A stretch of DNA of 64,000 nucleotides from an uncultured Eubacteriales bacterium (GTDB lineage Bacteria; Actinomycetota; Coriobacteriia; Anaerosomatales; JAUVQN01), in assembly GCA_964406675.1 (NCBI GenBank), contig CAYOSP010000001.1, positions 16,861-80,860 of the forward strand. The letters run 5' to 3'. Below, in pieces: positions 12,049-21,166 of the stretch. Every line of letters starts with the position of its first letter. Within the stretch, counting starts at the first letter, position 1. The position numbers were made by a program, and so were the translations under genes. The notes below the pieces were generated by a model. The model was not told the origin of the DNA. It was given only the letters and a program-made list of their open reading frames with translations, and did no database searches.

Positions 12049-12378
12049 CTAGTCGGCCCCCGCTTCGCCGCCGGCGGCGTCGGCGGCCGTCTCGCCGTCG
12101 GCCTCGCCGCCGATGTCCCCGCGGTCGGCGGAGCGCTCGATGCGGTAGTCCTCGATCACCGGGTTGGCGAGCAGTCTCTCGCACATCTCCCGCACGCGCT
12201 CGTCGGCGTCGACGCCTTCGGGGAGCCGGGACCCGTCCACCGCGAGGCGGATGTACTTGCCGATCGACACGGCCTCGACCTCTTCGTAGCCGAGGTTGCG
12301 GAGCGCCCGCTCCGCGGTGGCGCCCGGCGGATCGAATATGCCCTCCTTGAACGTGACGAAGACCTCGTATCCCGCCAT
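12049..12378 (-). CDS. purS: Phosphoribosylformylglycinamidine synthase PurS subunit with an acidic C-terminal tail
   Basis: The internal start MAGYEVFVTFKEGIFDPPG is typical of PurS. Its ATG overlaps the upstream TGA by 1 nt, and it lies immediately upstream of purQ. Confidence 0.85.
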   Translation of the reverse strand: MAGYEVFVTFKEGIFDPPGATAERALRNLGYEEVEAVSIGKYIRLAVDGSRLPEGVDADERVREMCERLLANPVIEDYRIERSADRGDIGGEADGETAADAAGGEAGAD

Positions 12379-12782
12379 CAGGACCCGCCCTCCTTGCGCA
12401 TCCGCGCGATCTCTTCCTTGCGCAGCTTCCGGATCTTGACCAGATCGATGTAGAGCGCGGTCACGAACGACGCGAGCCACACACCGAGCATCATCGAGCG
12501 CAGGATCACGCTCTCCTGCACCGCGGGCACGAGCAGCCCCATCGCCGCGAGCAGGGCGAGCCCCAGGAACACCCACCACCGTCGCCTGTACCGCTTGATC
12601 TCGTCGTTGGTGACCGGCTCGATCCGCTTCCACCAGGGCTGCTTCGTCTTCTTCTTGCCGGAGGAGGCCGAGGATCGCCTGTCGCCGGACCCGCGCTTCG
12701 GCTTGGCCGAGGCCGCGCTCTTCCTCGTCTTGCCGACCTTGTCCTTCTGATAGCGCGGGTTCTGCGGACTGCGCCTGCTCAC
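12378..12782 (-). CDS. Small basic membrane protein (hypothetical)
   Basis: GTG 12782 overlaps the purC TGA (GTGA). The N-terminus is rich in Lys and Arg and is followed by two hydrophobic helices (WWVFLGLALLAAMGLLV, MMLGVWLASFVTALYI). Confidence 0.55.
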   Translation of the reverse strand: MSRRSPQNPRYQKDKVGKTRKSAASAKPKRGSGDRRSSASSGKKKTKQPWWKRIEPVTNDEIKRYRRRWWVFLGLALLAAMGLLVPAVQESVILRSMMLGVWLASFVTALYIDLVKIRKLRKEEIARMRKEGGS

Positions 12783-13666
12783 TGCGTCTCCCCCTCGGGG
12801 ACGAACGGCTTCTCGGTGATCATCTCGTACGCCTGCACGTACTTGTGCGAGGTCCGTTCCACGATGTCCTTCGGAAGGGGCGGCGCGGGGGGCTCCTTGT
12901 CCCAACCGGTCGATTCGAGCCAATCGCGGACGAACTGCTTGTCGAAGGAGGCCTGGGAGCGGCCGGGCTCGTAGTCGTCCGCCGGCCAGAAGCGGGACGA
13001 ATCCGGCGTGAGGACCTCGTCGACGAGCGTGATCTCGCCGCCCACCAGACCGAACTCGAACTTGGTGTCCGCGATGATCACGCCGCGCTCGGCCGCGTGC
13101 GCGCGAGCGCGCTCGTAGAGCTCGATCGAGATGCGCTCGAGTTCCCCTGCGTACTCCTCGCCGACGAGGTCGCGCGCCTCGGCGACCGAGATGTTCACGT
13201 CGTGCCCGACGGTGGCCTTCGTGGACGGCGTGAACAGCGTCTCGGGCAGCCTGTCGGACTCACGTAGGCCCTCCGGGAGCGCGTGACCGCTCACCGAGCC
13301 GAGCCGCCTGTACTCCTTCCAGCCCGAACCGGCGAGGTATCCGCGCACGATGCATTCGACGGGGAACACGTCGGCCTTCTCGACGAGCATGGACCGTCCC
13401 GCGAGCTCGTCGCGCCGGTCGCTGAACTCGTCCGGGAGGTCCGCCGCGTCCGCGGAGATGAGGTGATCGCGCACGATGTCACCCAGCAGATCGAACCAGA
13501 AGAGGGACAGCTTGGTGAGCACCTCGCCCTTGTGCGGGATGTCGTCGGGCAGCACGACGTCGAAGGCGCTGATGCGGTCGCTCGCCACGAGCAGGAGCTC
13601 GTCGCCGAGATCGTATATGTCGCGCACCTTGCCCTGGTAACTCGGACTCGATCCGGTCGGCGCCAT
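12779..13666 (-). CDS. purC: SAICAR synthase
   Basis: Motifs include [33 protein letters not shown] and [10 protein letters not shown] chose the start at MAPTGSS (ATG 13666); the alternative at 13699 cannot be excluded. Confidence 0.9.
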   Translation of the reverse strand: MAPTGSSPSYQGKVRDIYDLGDELLLVASDRISAFDVVLPDDIPHKGEVLTKLSLFWFDLLGDIVRDHLISADAADLPDEFSDRRDELAGRSMLVEKADVFPVECIVRGYLAGSGWKEYRRLGSVSGHALPEGLRESDRLPETLFTPSTKATVGHDVNISVAEARDLVGEEYAGELERISIELYERARAHAAERGVIIADTKFEFGLVGGEITLVDEVLTPDSSRFWPADDYEPGRSQASFDKQFVRDWLESTGWDKEPPAPPLPKDIVERTSHKYVQAYEMITEKPFVPEGETQ

Positions 13667-13782
13667 AGGCGACACCGCACCCCTTCCCGGAGATAGCATC
13701 CCTCGCCCGCGAGTACGGTGGGCCGTGACGGCGGACCGTGACGGCGGGCCGAACGCGCACATTGTATCAGCAGCGGGCCGAC

Positions 13783-15357
13783 TCAGCCGGGGAAGGACAT
13801 CGCCTCGATGAAGCGCTGCCGGAAGCGCTCGTGAGCGGCCAGGTCCAGCGCTTTCACCCTCCCCGCGACCCGCTCGACGTCCTCCATCCCCGAGGGCTCC
13901 ACCGCGATGATCTCGGCTCCCGCCTTGGCCGCGTTACCCACGAACTCGATCCGTTCACGCCATTCGGGCGGGAACATGCCCATGCGCACGAGCGCGCTGG
14001 GCCGCAGGTGGAGACCGAATCCGCCGGCGACGATCACCTCGGCGACGTCGGAGGCCGACACGCCCCCCTCGTCGAGCAGTACGTCGATGCCCGCCCTGAT
14101 CGCGCCTTTGGCGAGCTGCACCTCTCGGACGTCCTTCTGCGTGAGATAGATGCCTCGGCCCTCGTCCAGCCACACCCGGCGGCCCTCGGGGGTCTCGGCT
14201 ATCCGGTGCGCGAGCCGGTCGCCGGTGTCGACGATCCGACCTCCGACGTCGAGGACGCCGCGCTCGAGCAGCGCCGCGACGAGATCGATCACGCCGCTCC
14301 CGCAGATGCCCGTGGGCGGGGCGCCCGCGATGGTGTGCAGGCGCAGGACGCCGCCCTCGATGTCCACCCGCTCCACCGCGCCGGCGGTCGCTCGCATCCC
14401 CTTCTCGATCGTGGCGCCCTCCAGCGCGGGCCCCGCCGCCGTGGAGGCGGCGATCATCCGACCGGACGGGAGCTTGAGCACGATCTCGCCGTTCGTCCCC
14501 ACGTCGACGTAGAGCACGGCGCCGTCATGGTCCTCGAGCCCCACCGCCAGCAGGCCGGCGGTGACGTCCGGTCCCACGAACACGGACACGGCGGGCGGCA
14601 CGCGGACCCGGGTCCTGCCGAACAACTCCAGGCCGATCCGATCGGCCGGCTCGGACCGCGCACCGGTGAACGCGGGCTCGTAGGGCGACGAGGTGAGTCC
14701 CGACGTGGGCTCGCCGAGGAACATGTGCATCATCACGGTGTTCCCGACCGCCACCACGTCCGACACGTCGGCCGGGTCCGCGCCGTGTCTCGCCAGGATC
14801 TCCTCGCTGAGCGAGCCGACGTGGCGCACCAGCACGTCGTGGAGCGCTCCCTCCTCGCCGCGGGCGGCGAGTCGGGACATGACGTCGTCACCGTAGCGGA
14901 CCTGCGGGTTGAGCGCTCCGGCGTGCCCGAGCTCGCGAGCGCTCGCCCGATCGACCAAGCCGACGGCGAGGGTGGTCGTGCCCACGTCGACGACCACGGC
15001 GAGTCCGGAGGCTCTGGGAGCCGTGGCGCGCGGACGCGGGCCTAGGGAGTGCGCCACGAGCTGCGGGTCCTCGACCTGCGGCCGCCCGAGCACCTCAGTC
15101 ACACGCACGTCCCCGCTGAATCGAGCACGACAGGCGAGCCGGACGCCCTCGGCGATCTCCGCCGGGGAGAGCAGCGCACGCTCCACGGGAGTGGGATCGA
15201 GCAACTCGCCGGACACGCGCACCCGGCACCTGCCGCAGGTGCCGCGGCCGCCGCATGGAGCTTCCATCGGGAACCCCGCGCGCGCGGCGACCTGCAGGAC
15301 GGAGACGCCGGCCTCTGCGTCGACCGTCGTCCCGTCGGGGAAGGTCACCGCGGGCAC
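13783..15357 (-). CDS. RACo-like protein: N-terminal plant-type 2Fe-2S ferredoxin fused to a DUF4445/ASKHA ATPase
   Basis: Track ORF of 524 aa with CGGRGTCGRCRV...LACRA, then VDVGTTTLAV, GNTVMMHMFLG, DVGTNGEIVL, PTGICGSGVID and AGGFG. Confidence 0.8.
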   Translation of the reverse strand: MPAVTFPDGTTVDAEAGVSVLQVAARAGFPMEAPCGGRGTCGRCRVRVSGELLDPTPVERALLSPAEIAEGVRLACRARFSGDVRVTEVLGRPQVEDPQLVAHSLGPRPRATAPRASGLAVVVDVGTTTLAVGLVDRASARELGHAGALNPQVRYGDDVMSRLAARGEEGALHDVLVRHVGSLSEEILARHGADPADVSDVVAVGNTVMMHMFLGEPTSGLTSSPYEPAFTGARSEPADRIGLELFGRTRVRVPPAVSVFVGPDVTAGLLAVGLEDHDGAVLYVDVGTNGEIVLKLPSGRMIAASTAAGPALEGATIEKGMRATAGAVERVDIEGGVLRLHTIAGAPPTGICGSGVIDLVAALLERGVLDVGGRIVDTGDRLAHRIAETPEGRRVWLDEGRGIYLTQKDVREVQLAKGAIRAGIDVLLDEGGVSASDVAEVIVAGGFGLHLRPSALVRMGMFPPEWRERIEFVGNAAKAGAEIIAVEPSGMEDVERVAGRVKALDLAAHERFRQRFIEAMSFPG

Positions 15358-15358
15358 G

Positions 15359-15574
15359 TCAGAACCATCCCCACCGGTACAGGCCTGCCGCCGTCAGTCC
15401 GTGAACGCCCGCGAGCACCACCAGGATCCATCCGAGGGCGCGATGTATCCGCAGACGGCGCTTCGCAAGGATGGGCAGGCGCCGCGTGCCGAGGAGCGCC
15501 TGCGCCACCAGTAGCACGAAGACCAGCAGGCCCATCCCCATCACGAGATCCGCGGCCCGCACGCCGAGGATCAT
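15359..15574 (-). CDS. 71-aa two-helix membrane protein (hypothetical)
   Basis: ATG 15574 overlaps the purB TGA (ATGA), and the stop lies 1 nt before the RACo-like start. The sequence is hydrophobic (MGMGLLVFVLLVAQALLG, LGWILVVLAGVHGL). Confidence 0.5.
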   Translation of the reverse strand: MILGVRAADLVMGMGLLVFVLLVAQALLGTRRLPILAKRRLRIHRALGWILVVLAGVHGLTAAGLYRWGWF

Positions 15575-16878
15575 CGTCCCTCCCTGAATCGCAATCCACC
15601 GAGCCGCTCGAAGACCACGTCCTTGCGCCCGAGGAAGACCTCCGGGGCGAAGAGGGCTTCGAGGTCCTCTTCGGAGAGCGGCGAGTCCGGATCCGCGGCG
15701 AGGTGCTCGCGGAAGGTGCCGCCGTCCTTCCACGTGGCCATCGCATCGCGTTGCACGACGGTGTACGCGTCCTCGCGCAGCATGCCCGCGTCCACGAGCG
15801 CGAGCAGCACCCTGGACGAGAACACGAGCCCGCGCGTGCGATCCAGGTTGCGCAGCATGTTCTCGGGGTGGACCTGCAGCCCGTCGAGGATCCACGTGAG
15901 CTTGTCGAGCATGTAGTCGAGCGCGATCGAGGAGTCCGCGAGCACCACGCGCTCAGCGCTCGAGTGGGAGATGTCCCGCTCGTGCCACAGCGCGACGTCG
16001 TCGAAACCGACCTGCGCGTTCGCCTTCACCACGCGCGCGAGCCCGCAGACCCGCTCGGCGGTGATGGGGTTGCGCTTGTGTGGCATCGCCGAGGAGCCCT
16101 TCTGCTTCGCGCCGAACGGCTCCTCGGCCTCGAGGACGTCCGTGCGCTGCAGCGCGCGTACCTCGGTGGCCACCTGCTCGGCGGTCGCCGCCGCGATCGC
16201 GAGCGCGGCGAGGAACTGCGCGTGCCGGTCCCGCTGGAGCACCTGCGTGGAGATCGGCGAGGGGGCCAGGCCGAGCTTGTCGCACACGTACTCCTCGACG
16301 AAGGGGTCGATGTTGGAGTACGTGCCGACCGCGCCCGAGATGGCGCCGGTCGCGACCACCTCGCGCGCCTGCAGGAGGCGGTCGAGCGAACGCTTCCACG
16401 CCCACGCCCACATCGCGAACTTCATCCCGAACGTCATCGGCTCGGCATGGATGCCGTGGGTGCGCCCCACGCAGACCGTCTCCTGGAACTCGAACGCCCG
16501 GCGCTTGCAGACCTCGCCGATGCGCCGCACGTCCTCGATGAGGATGTCCAGCGCCTGCGTCATCTGGTAGCTGAGCGCGGTGTCCCCCAGGTCGGACGAC
16601 GTCATCCCGTAGTGCACGTACTTGGACTCGTCTCCGATGTGCTCGGCCATCGACGTGAGGAAGGCGATCACGTCGTGGTTGACCTCGGCCTCTATCTCCT
16701 CGATGCGCTCGAGGGTGAAGTCCGCCCGTTCCCGCACGACCGCCGCCGCTTCCTTGGGCACGACACCGAGCTCCGCCTGGGCCTCGGTCGCGAGGACCTC
16801 GATCTCCTTCCAGACCTCGAACTTGTTCTCCAGTGACCAGATGCGACCCATCTCGGGCCGGGTATAGCGTTCGATCAT
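15571..16878 (-). CDS. purB: Adenylosuccinate lyase
   Basis: Trimmed to MIERYTRPEMGRIW (ATG 16878). Motifs include HYGMTSSDL, GAISGAVGT and GSSAMPHKRNP. Confidence 0.93.
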   Translation of the reverse strand: MIERYTRPEMGRIWSLENKFEVWKEIEVLATEAQAELGVVPKEAAAVVRERADFTLERIEEIEAEVNHDVIAFLTSMAEHIGDESKYVHYGMTSSDLGDTALSYQMTQALDILIEDVRRIGEVCKRRAFEFQETVCVGRTHGIHAEPMTFGMKFAMWAWAWKRSLDRLLQAREVVATGAISGAVGTYSNIDPFVEEYVCDKLGLAPSPISTQVLQRDRHAQFLAALAIAAATAEQVATEVRALQRTDVLEAEEPFGAKQKGSSAMPHKRNPITAERVCGLARVVKANAQVGFDDVALWHERDISHSSAERVVLADSSIALDYMLDKLTWILDGLQVHPENMLRNLDRTRGLVFSSRVLLALVDAGMLREDAYTVVQRDAMATWKDGGTFREHLAADPDSPLSEEDLEALFAPEVFLGRKDVVFERLGGLRFREGR

Positions 16879-17002
16879 CGGGCGGGCCCCCTGCGGCTCG
16901 GATGCGTACGGTCTTCCGCACCCATTATGCCCCACGCCCGGCGAGCCCGACGCACGCCTCGGCGCCCTCAGGTACACCGCGAACAAAAAGCCACTCCATG
17001 CC

Positions 17003-17725
17003 TCAGCCCTCCATCTTCAGGACGATGTCGCCGACACCGCCGTCGATCTCGATATCCATCACGTCCCCGCGGTCGCGGTAGGCCTCGTTGATCCAGTCGC
17101 CGTCCTCGCTGATGAAGCCGTCCGCGCTGACCGTGCCGATGCCGCCGTCGATCTCGACGCGCACGCCCATGTCGCGCGGGACCGTCAGGGTCAGCCGACC
17201 CGCTCCGCCCCTCATCCGCACGTCTACCGGCTCGTCGTAGTCGCCGGACAGGTCCACGGCCAGATCGCCCGCTCCGACCTCCACGGTGAGCGCCTCGAGC
17301 ATCGTGTCCCTGAGGTCGAGGGTCGCCTCGCCGGCTCCGAGGTCCAGGTCGAGCTCCAGCGGCACCGAGTCCGCGAGGGCGAGGTCCCACTCATAGCGCG
17401 TGTCCCCGAGCGAGAACCGCCCGCTGGGCTGACGCACGGTCAGGTGGCCCGCGCCGTCGTCGGTCTCGTAGTCCACGTCCGGCGCCATGGAGGAGACGTC
17501 GTAGCGGAACCGCGCGTCCATGGCCTCCTCGGCGCCGCCCTTCACCGTGAGACGACCGGCGCCCATGCGGATGTCCGCCTCCAGTCGCTCGGCTCCGTGG
17601 AGCTCCACCACCTCGCGGTCGTCCTCGGTCTCCCGGTCCACCCGCTCGAACATCACGCACCCGCTCGTCGCGAGCAGCGCCACCGCAAGGCTCACCGCCG
17701 CGAATACCGTCATCGTCTTGCGCAC
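17003..17725 (-). CDS. Lipoprotein with a toast-rack/DUF2154-like beta-repeat domain
   Basis: The lipobox is LLATSGC. Repeated GAGxLxV/DL motifs are present. The start is uncertain: GTG 17725 follows AAGGGAG, and alternatives lie between 17713 and 17791. Confidence 0.65.
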   Translation of the reverse strand: MRKTMTVFAAVSLAVALLATSGCVMFERVDRETEDDREVVELHGAERLEADIRMGAGRLTVKGGAEEAMDARFRYDVSSMAPDVDYETDDGAGHLTVRQPSGRFSLGDTRYEWDLALADSVPLELDLDLGAGEATLDLRDTMLEALTVEVGAGDLAVDLSGDYDEPVDVRMRGGAGRLTLTVPRDMGVRVEIDGGIGTVSADGFISEDGDWINEAYRDRGDVMDIEIDGGVGDIVLKMEG

Positions 17726-17758
17726 GGTCGTCACTCCCTTTCGCCGTCCGGTCGCTGA

Positions 17759-17788
17759 TCGCGTCATTCGTCGTCGCGTCATTCGTCC
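17759..17788. repeat. 15-nt tandem duplication (tcgcgtcattcgtcg x2)
   Basis: Direct reading shows two contiguous copies with one mismatch, in the lipoprotein 5-prime region. Confidence 0.85.
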
Positions 17789-17894
17789 GAGAACCGGCCC
17801 ACGAGCATCGCAGTACACAGTCCACAGTAGTCAAGGACTTTCTTCGGGCGGTGGGAGATGGTGACGAAGAAGCCTGCTCAGGGGTCTAGAACGC

Positions 17895-18500
17895 TCACTC
17901 CGACGCGGCGCTCGGCTTCTCGAAGCGGAACCCGTCCTCGAACACCGCGACGCACGCGGCGGCGACGTCCTCGTCGAACAGCGTGCCCGAGCCGCGACCG
18001 ACCTTCTCGAGTGCCGCGTCGACACCCAGCGCCGGACGGTAGGGCCGATGCGAGCTCATCGCCTCGACGACGTCGGCCACGGCGTAGACTCGTCCGGCGA
18101 AGCCGATCTCGTCGCCGGACAGACCGTACGGGTAGCCGCTGCCGTCCAAGCGCTCGTGGTGCTCGAGGACGCCCCGGCATATCCGCTCCGGCAGACCGGC
18201 CTCGCTGAGCACGCGATGACCGACGTCGGGGTGGGTCTCGACGAGCCGCCGCTCCACCTCCGAGAGCGGTCCGCCCTTCGTGAGGATGTCGGCGGGGATG
18301 CGGATCTTGCCCACGTCGAGCATGGCGGCGCCGATCTCGAGATCACGCGCCTCCTCGAACGGCACGTCCATGCGCTGCTGGATGATGCGGACCACCAACG
18401 CGGCGACGCCGACCAGATGGCCCGACGTGTACGGGTCCCGCATGTCGAGCGTGAGCCCCACGACGTGAGCGACGGCCTGCAGGCGGGCTTGGCGTTCCAC
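17895..18500 (-). CDS. Stand-alone HD-GYP domain phosphohydrolase (putative c-di-GMP phosphodiesterase)
   Basis: Motifs RDPYTSGH, LDVGKIRIP, HHERLDGSGYPYGL and DVVEAMSSHRPYR. I propose GTG 18500 as the start, 9 nt after AGGGG. The longer track ORF upstream of this point is Arg/Gly-rich sequence that does not look like protein. Confidence 0.7.
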   Translation of the reverse strand: MERQARLQAVAHVVGLTLDMRDPYTSGHLVGVAALVVRIIQQRMDVPFEEARDLEIGAAMLDVGKIRIPADILTKGGPLSEVERRLVETHPDVGHRVLSEAGLPERICRGVLEHHERLDGSGYPYGLSGDEIGFAGRVYAVADVVEAMSSHRPYRPALGVDAALEKVGRGSGTLFDEDVAAACVAVFEDGFRFEKPSAASE

Positions 18501-18505
18501 GAGGG

Positions 18506-18691
18506 TCAACCCCTGGGCGCCGCGTCCACCTCGTCCATGCGCATGCCCCGCAGGCGCTCCCGGGGATAGCCGTAGAAGTCGCACGCGGCCGGATTGGCGT
18601 CGTCGATGACCTGTTCGGTGGGATCGATGATGAGCACCGGCACCGGGGTGTGCCTGAACACGCATCCGTAGCGCGAGTCTTCGTCGCTCAC
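18506..18691 (-). pseudogene. 61-codon ORF encoding only the N-terminal half of a PAS domain (possible remnant of a PAS-HD-GYP fusion)
   Basis: GTG 18691 has a strong GGGGAGGTGG upstream. The product reads YGCVFRHTPVPVLIIDPTEQVIDDANPAACDFYGYPRERLRGMRMDEV and then stops. The stop overlaps a TTG in the HD-GYP frame. Confidence 0.5.
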
Positions 18692-18774
18692 GGGACACCA
18701 CCTCCCCTCGAAGCACGATAGGCGTCGCACTCCGAGTCTACCCTGGAAAGCGCCGCGAGACCTACCGCCGACGG

Positions 18775-19647
18775 TCAGCGCACGATCTTGCTGATGGGGA
18801 TCTCGAGGATGTCGGCCGCTCCCGCCGCCTTGAGGCGCGGGATGAGCTCGTTGACGGTGGCCTTGTCCGCCACGGTCGTGACCTCGACGTAGTCCGACCC
18901 GTAGAGCTTGTTGACCGTCGGCTGCTTCATGGCCGGCAACTCGGCGACGACCGTCTCGAGCTCGTCCTCGGGCACGTTCATCGAGAGCAGCACGCGACCC
19001 CGGGCGTCGATGACGCCGAGCAGGAGCGTGCGGACCTCCTCGATGGCGCGGCGCTTGTCGGGATCCTCCCAGGCGGCCTCGTTGGCGAGCAGCCGCGTGG
19101 TCGAGGTCAGGATCGTGTCCACGATCCGCAGCCCGTTCCGCCTCAAGGTCGATCCCGTCTCGGTGAGGTCCACGACCACGTCCATGAGCTCGGGCACCTT
19201 CGCCTCGGTGGCCCCGTACGAGTAGAAGACGTCCACGTCCACCCCGAGCTCCTCGAAGTATCGCTCGGTCACGTGGACGAACTCGGTGGTGACGCGACTG
19301 CCCGCCGGGATGTCGGACACCTCCCGGATGTCGGAGCCGTGCGGCACGGCCACGACGAGCCTGGTGACCCCCGTGCCGGTCTTGGCGTACGGGAGCTCGG
19401 CCACCTCGACGACATCGGCGCCGGTCTCGAGCACGCAATCGTGGCCGCTGATGCCGAGGTCGAAGAAGCCCTGCTCGACGTAGGTCGGTATCTCCTGAGG
19501 CCGGAGGATCTTCACGCGCTCGATGCGCGGGTCGTCGGCGATCCCGTCGTAGCCGCGACCCGGGACGGTGATCCTCATGTCGGCCTCGGAGAACAGCAAC
19601 ATGGTCTGCTCCTCGAGACTGCCTTTGGGGAGCGCGATCGACAGCAT
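18775..19647 (-). CDS. hisG: ATP phosphoribosyltransferase (long form)
   Basis: Trimmed to MLSIALPKGSLEE (ATG 19647, GGGAGG upstream). Motifs include DLGISGHD and VDLTETGSTLR, and a C-terminal regulatory domain is present. Confidence 0.9.
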   Translation of the reverse strand: MLSIALPKGSLEEQTMLLFSEADMRITVPGRGYDGIADDPRIERVKILRPQEIPTYVEQGFFDLGISGHDCVLETGADVVEVAELPYAKTGTGVTRLVVAVPHGSDIREVSDIPAGSRVTTEFVHVTERYFEELGVDVDVFYSYGATEAKVPELMDVVVDLTETGSTLRRNGLRIVDTILTSTTRLLANEAAWEDPDKRRAIEEVRTLLLGVIDARGRVLLSMNVPEDELETVVAELPAMKQPTVNKLYGSDYVEVTTVADKATVNELIPRLKAAGAADILEIPISKIVR

Positions 19648-19686
19648 GGGGCCTCCCGACTTCCTCGTCTCGTCATGCGCCGCTCC

Positions 19687-19734
19687 GACCTGCGCGCAGG
19701 CCTGCGCGCCGACTTGCGTGCCGGCTTGCGCGCG
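19687..19734. repeat. Degenerate 12-nt tandem repeat x4 in the hisG leader
   Basis: The four units are gacctgcgcgca, ggcctgcgcgcc, gacttgcgtgcc and ggcttgcgcgcg. Confidence 0.8.
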
Positions 19735-19779
19735 CACGGACGAGCGCTTCATTACTGCGCCATGGTAACAGGACGCAGT

Positions 19780-21081
19780 CTACGGAAGCATCCCCCTGCC
19801 CCGGAGGACGTCGACGATCCTCTCCTGCGTCACGCGGCTGGGGTCGTAGCTCACCTCGAGCAGGAGGCTCTCCGTGTCGAGTGAGGCAGCGGACACGCCG
19901 TCCACCTGCTCGAAGTCGCCGAACAGCTCCTGGGCCTCCACCTCGGGAGGACACTCGCACGGGATGACGATCCGCGTGCGGTACGCGGCGGCCGGCTCCG
20001 CGTCGGATATCTCCGTGCGCACCGCCGACCCTTCGCGCACGAGTCCGCCCGGTGTCGCGCCGCCCATCGAGAAAGAGTACGCCATCGCGGCGAAGGCCAC
20101 CGGTATCGCTACCATGAGCAGCTTCTTCCCCGCTCCGCTCTGCGACGGCGGCTCCTCGGCCGCGTCCGTGGTCGGCGCATCCGGCGTGATCGAGGAGTCG
20201 TCCGACCGGATCGAAGGGTCGGTCGCCGTCGACGCGTCGGACGCGCGGCGGCGGCTGCTGTATGCGATGACGGCCATCACCACACCGGTGATCGCCACGA
20301 TGAGGGTCACGCCCCACAGTATCGAGGGATCGCCGCCCTGGTCCTCGCCAGCGCCCGTGTCCTGCCGCGCGCCCGCCGGGATGACGAAGTCCACCTCGAG
20401 CGAGAGCTCCTCGCCCGCCCTGAGGTTGGTCACCTCCCGATACAGGTACACCACGCCCGGCATGCCTTCGTGTCGCCGCACGTCCGGCGGCGTCGAGCGG
20501 ACCTCCACCCAACTCGGCATCGCCACGGCGTAGCGAGCGGTGTCCGCGGCGGAATCCGCGACCCATCGCATCCTCGCGGTGAAGCTCTCTCCCGAATCCA
20601 CGAGCGCTTCGGGCTGGGCGACCTCCACCTGCGCGCGGCGCGACCCGTCGAGCGTGAACATCACCAGGTCGTACGATCCGCCTTCCCGGACCTCGTAGGG
20701 GAGTTCCACATCCTCCGCGACGGTGTCGCCATGGATCTCGCCCGCCCACATCACGTCCGCGCCCTTCGGGACGGGCAGGTGGACGGTGGCGGGGAGCGGG
20801 ACGCTCTCGTCGAGCAGTCCACCGACGGCGAGCACGGGTCTTCGGGAGAGGTCGTTCAGCATCAGGGTGACGTCCATGAACGACCAGCCGGGTCCGGCCG
20901 AGCCTTCGACGTCGGCCGCCGAGTCGGTCTCGACGGCGAGAGAGGCGGACGGGAGCAGCAGCGTCGACACGAGGAGACCCACCGAGAGGAGGATCGCGGG
21001 GGCGGACGCGAGGACGATCCGTCGCGAACTTCGTGCGGATCTCGGCAAGGGGCCCCTCCAGCCGGACGTCATCCAGTACAC
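19780..21081 (-). CDS. Hypothetical exported/membrane protein with a C-terminal ferredoxin-fold-like (HMA-like) module
   Basis: Track ORF of 433 aa with a signal-like segment (ILLSVGLLVSTLLLPSASLA), a mid TM helix (ILWGVTLIVAITGVVMAVIAY) and a second TM helix. The C-terminus reads IPCECPPE...VDGVSAASLD...LLLEVSYDP. The start is uncertain (GTG 21081 or ATG 21072). Confidence 0.6.
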   Translation of the reverse strand: MYWMTSGWRGPLPRSARSSRRIVLASAPAILLSVGLLVSTLLLPSASLAVETDSAADVEGSAGPGWSFMDVTLMLNDLSRRPVLAVGGLLDESVPLPATVHLPVPKGADVMWAGEIHGDTVAEDVELPYEVREGGSYDLVMFTLDGSRRAQVEVAQPEALVDSGESFTARMRWVADSAADTARYAVAMPSWVEVRSTPPDVRRHEGMPGVVYLYREVTNLRAGEELSLEVDFVIPAGARQDTGAGEDQGGDPSILWGVTLIVAITGVVMAVIAYSSRRRASDASTATDPSIRSDDSSITPDAPTTDAAEEPPSQSGAGKKLLMVAIPVAFAAMAYSFSMGGATPGGLVREGSAVRTEISDAEPAAAYRTRIVIPCECPPEVEAQELFGDFEQVDGVSAASLDTESLLLEVSYDPSRVTQERIVDVLRGRGMLP

Positions 21082-21166
21082 GTCCGGGGTGAGAGCAAGG
21101 GTGATACCAGCGCGCTTGGTCCTTCGCGGGTCGCCCCGCCGCTCCGAGACGGGCTCGGTCCCGTGC

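Noticed and set aside
13667-17002. Purine, ZTP or PRPP-type riboswitches in the leaders of purC (13667-13782), purB (16879-17002) and purA (25674-25770)
   Set aside because: These leaders are short. I could not recognise the conserved cores of these riboswitch classes by eye. I saw only -10-like boxes (TACAAT, CATAAT, CATACT) and, for purC, a 13-nt direct repeat. A covariance-model scan would be needed to be sure.
18495-18515. A programmed -1 ribosomal frameshift joining the PAS fragment to HD-GYP
   Set aside because: There is no X-XXY-YYZ slippery heptamer at the junction (the sequence is CCC-AGG-GGT-TGA). The fused product would still contain only half a PAS domain, so a deletion remnant or separate ORFs is more plausible.
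19648-19752. A histidine-operon leader peptide, attenuator or T-box upstream of hisG
   Set aside because: The only upstream ORF frame encodes Ala/Gln/Val/Gly repeats with no His codon run. I could not find specifier or T-box-like conserved sequences, only a degenerate 12-nt repeat.
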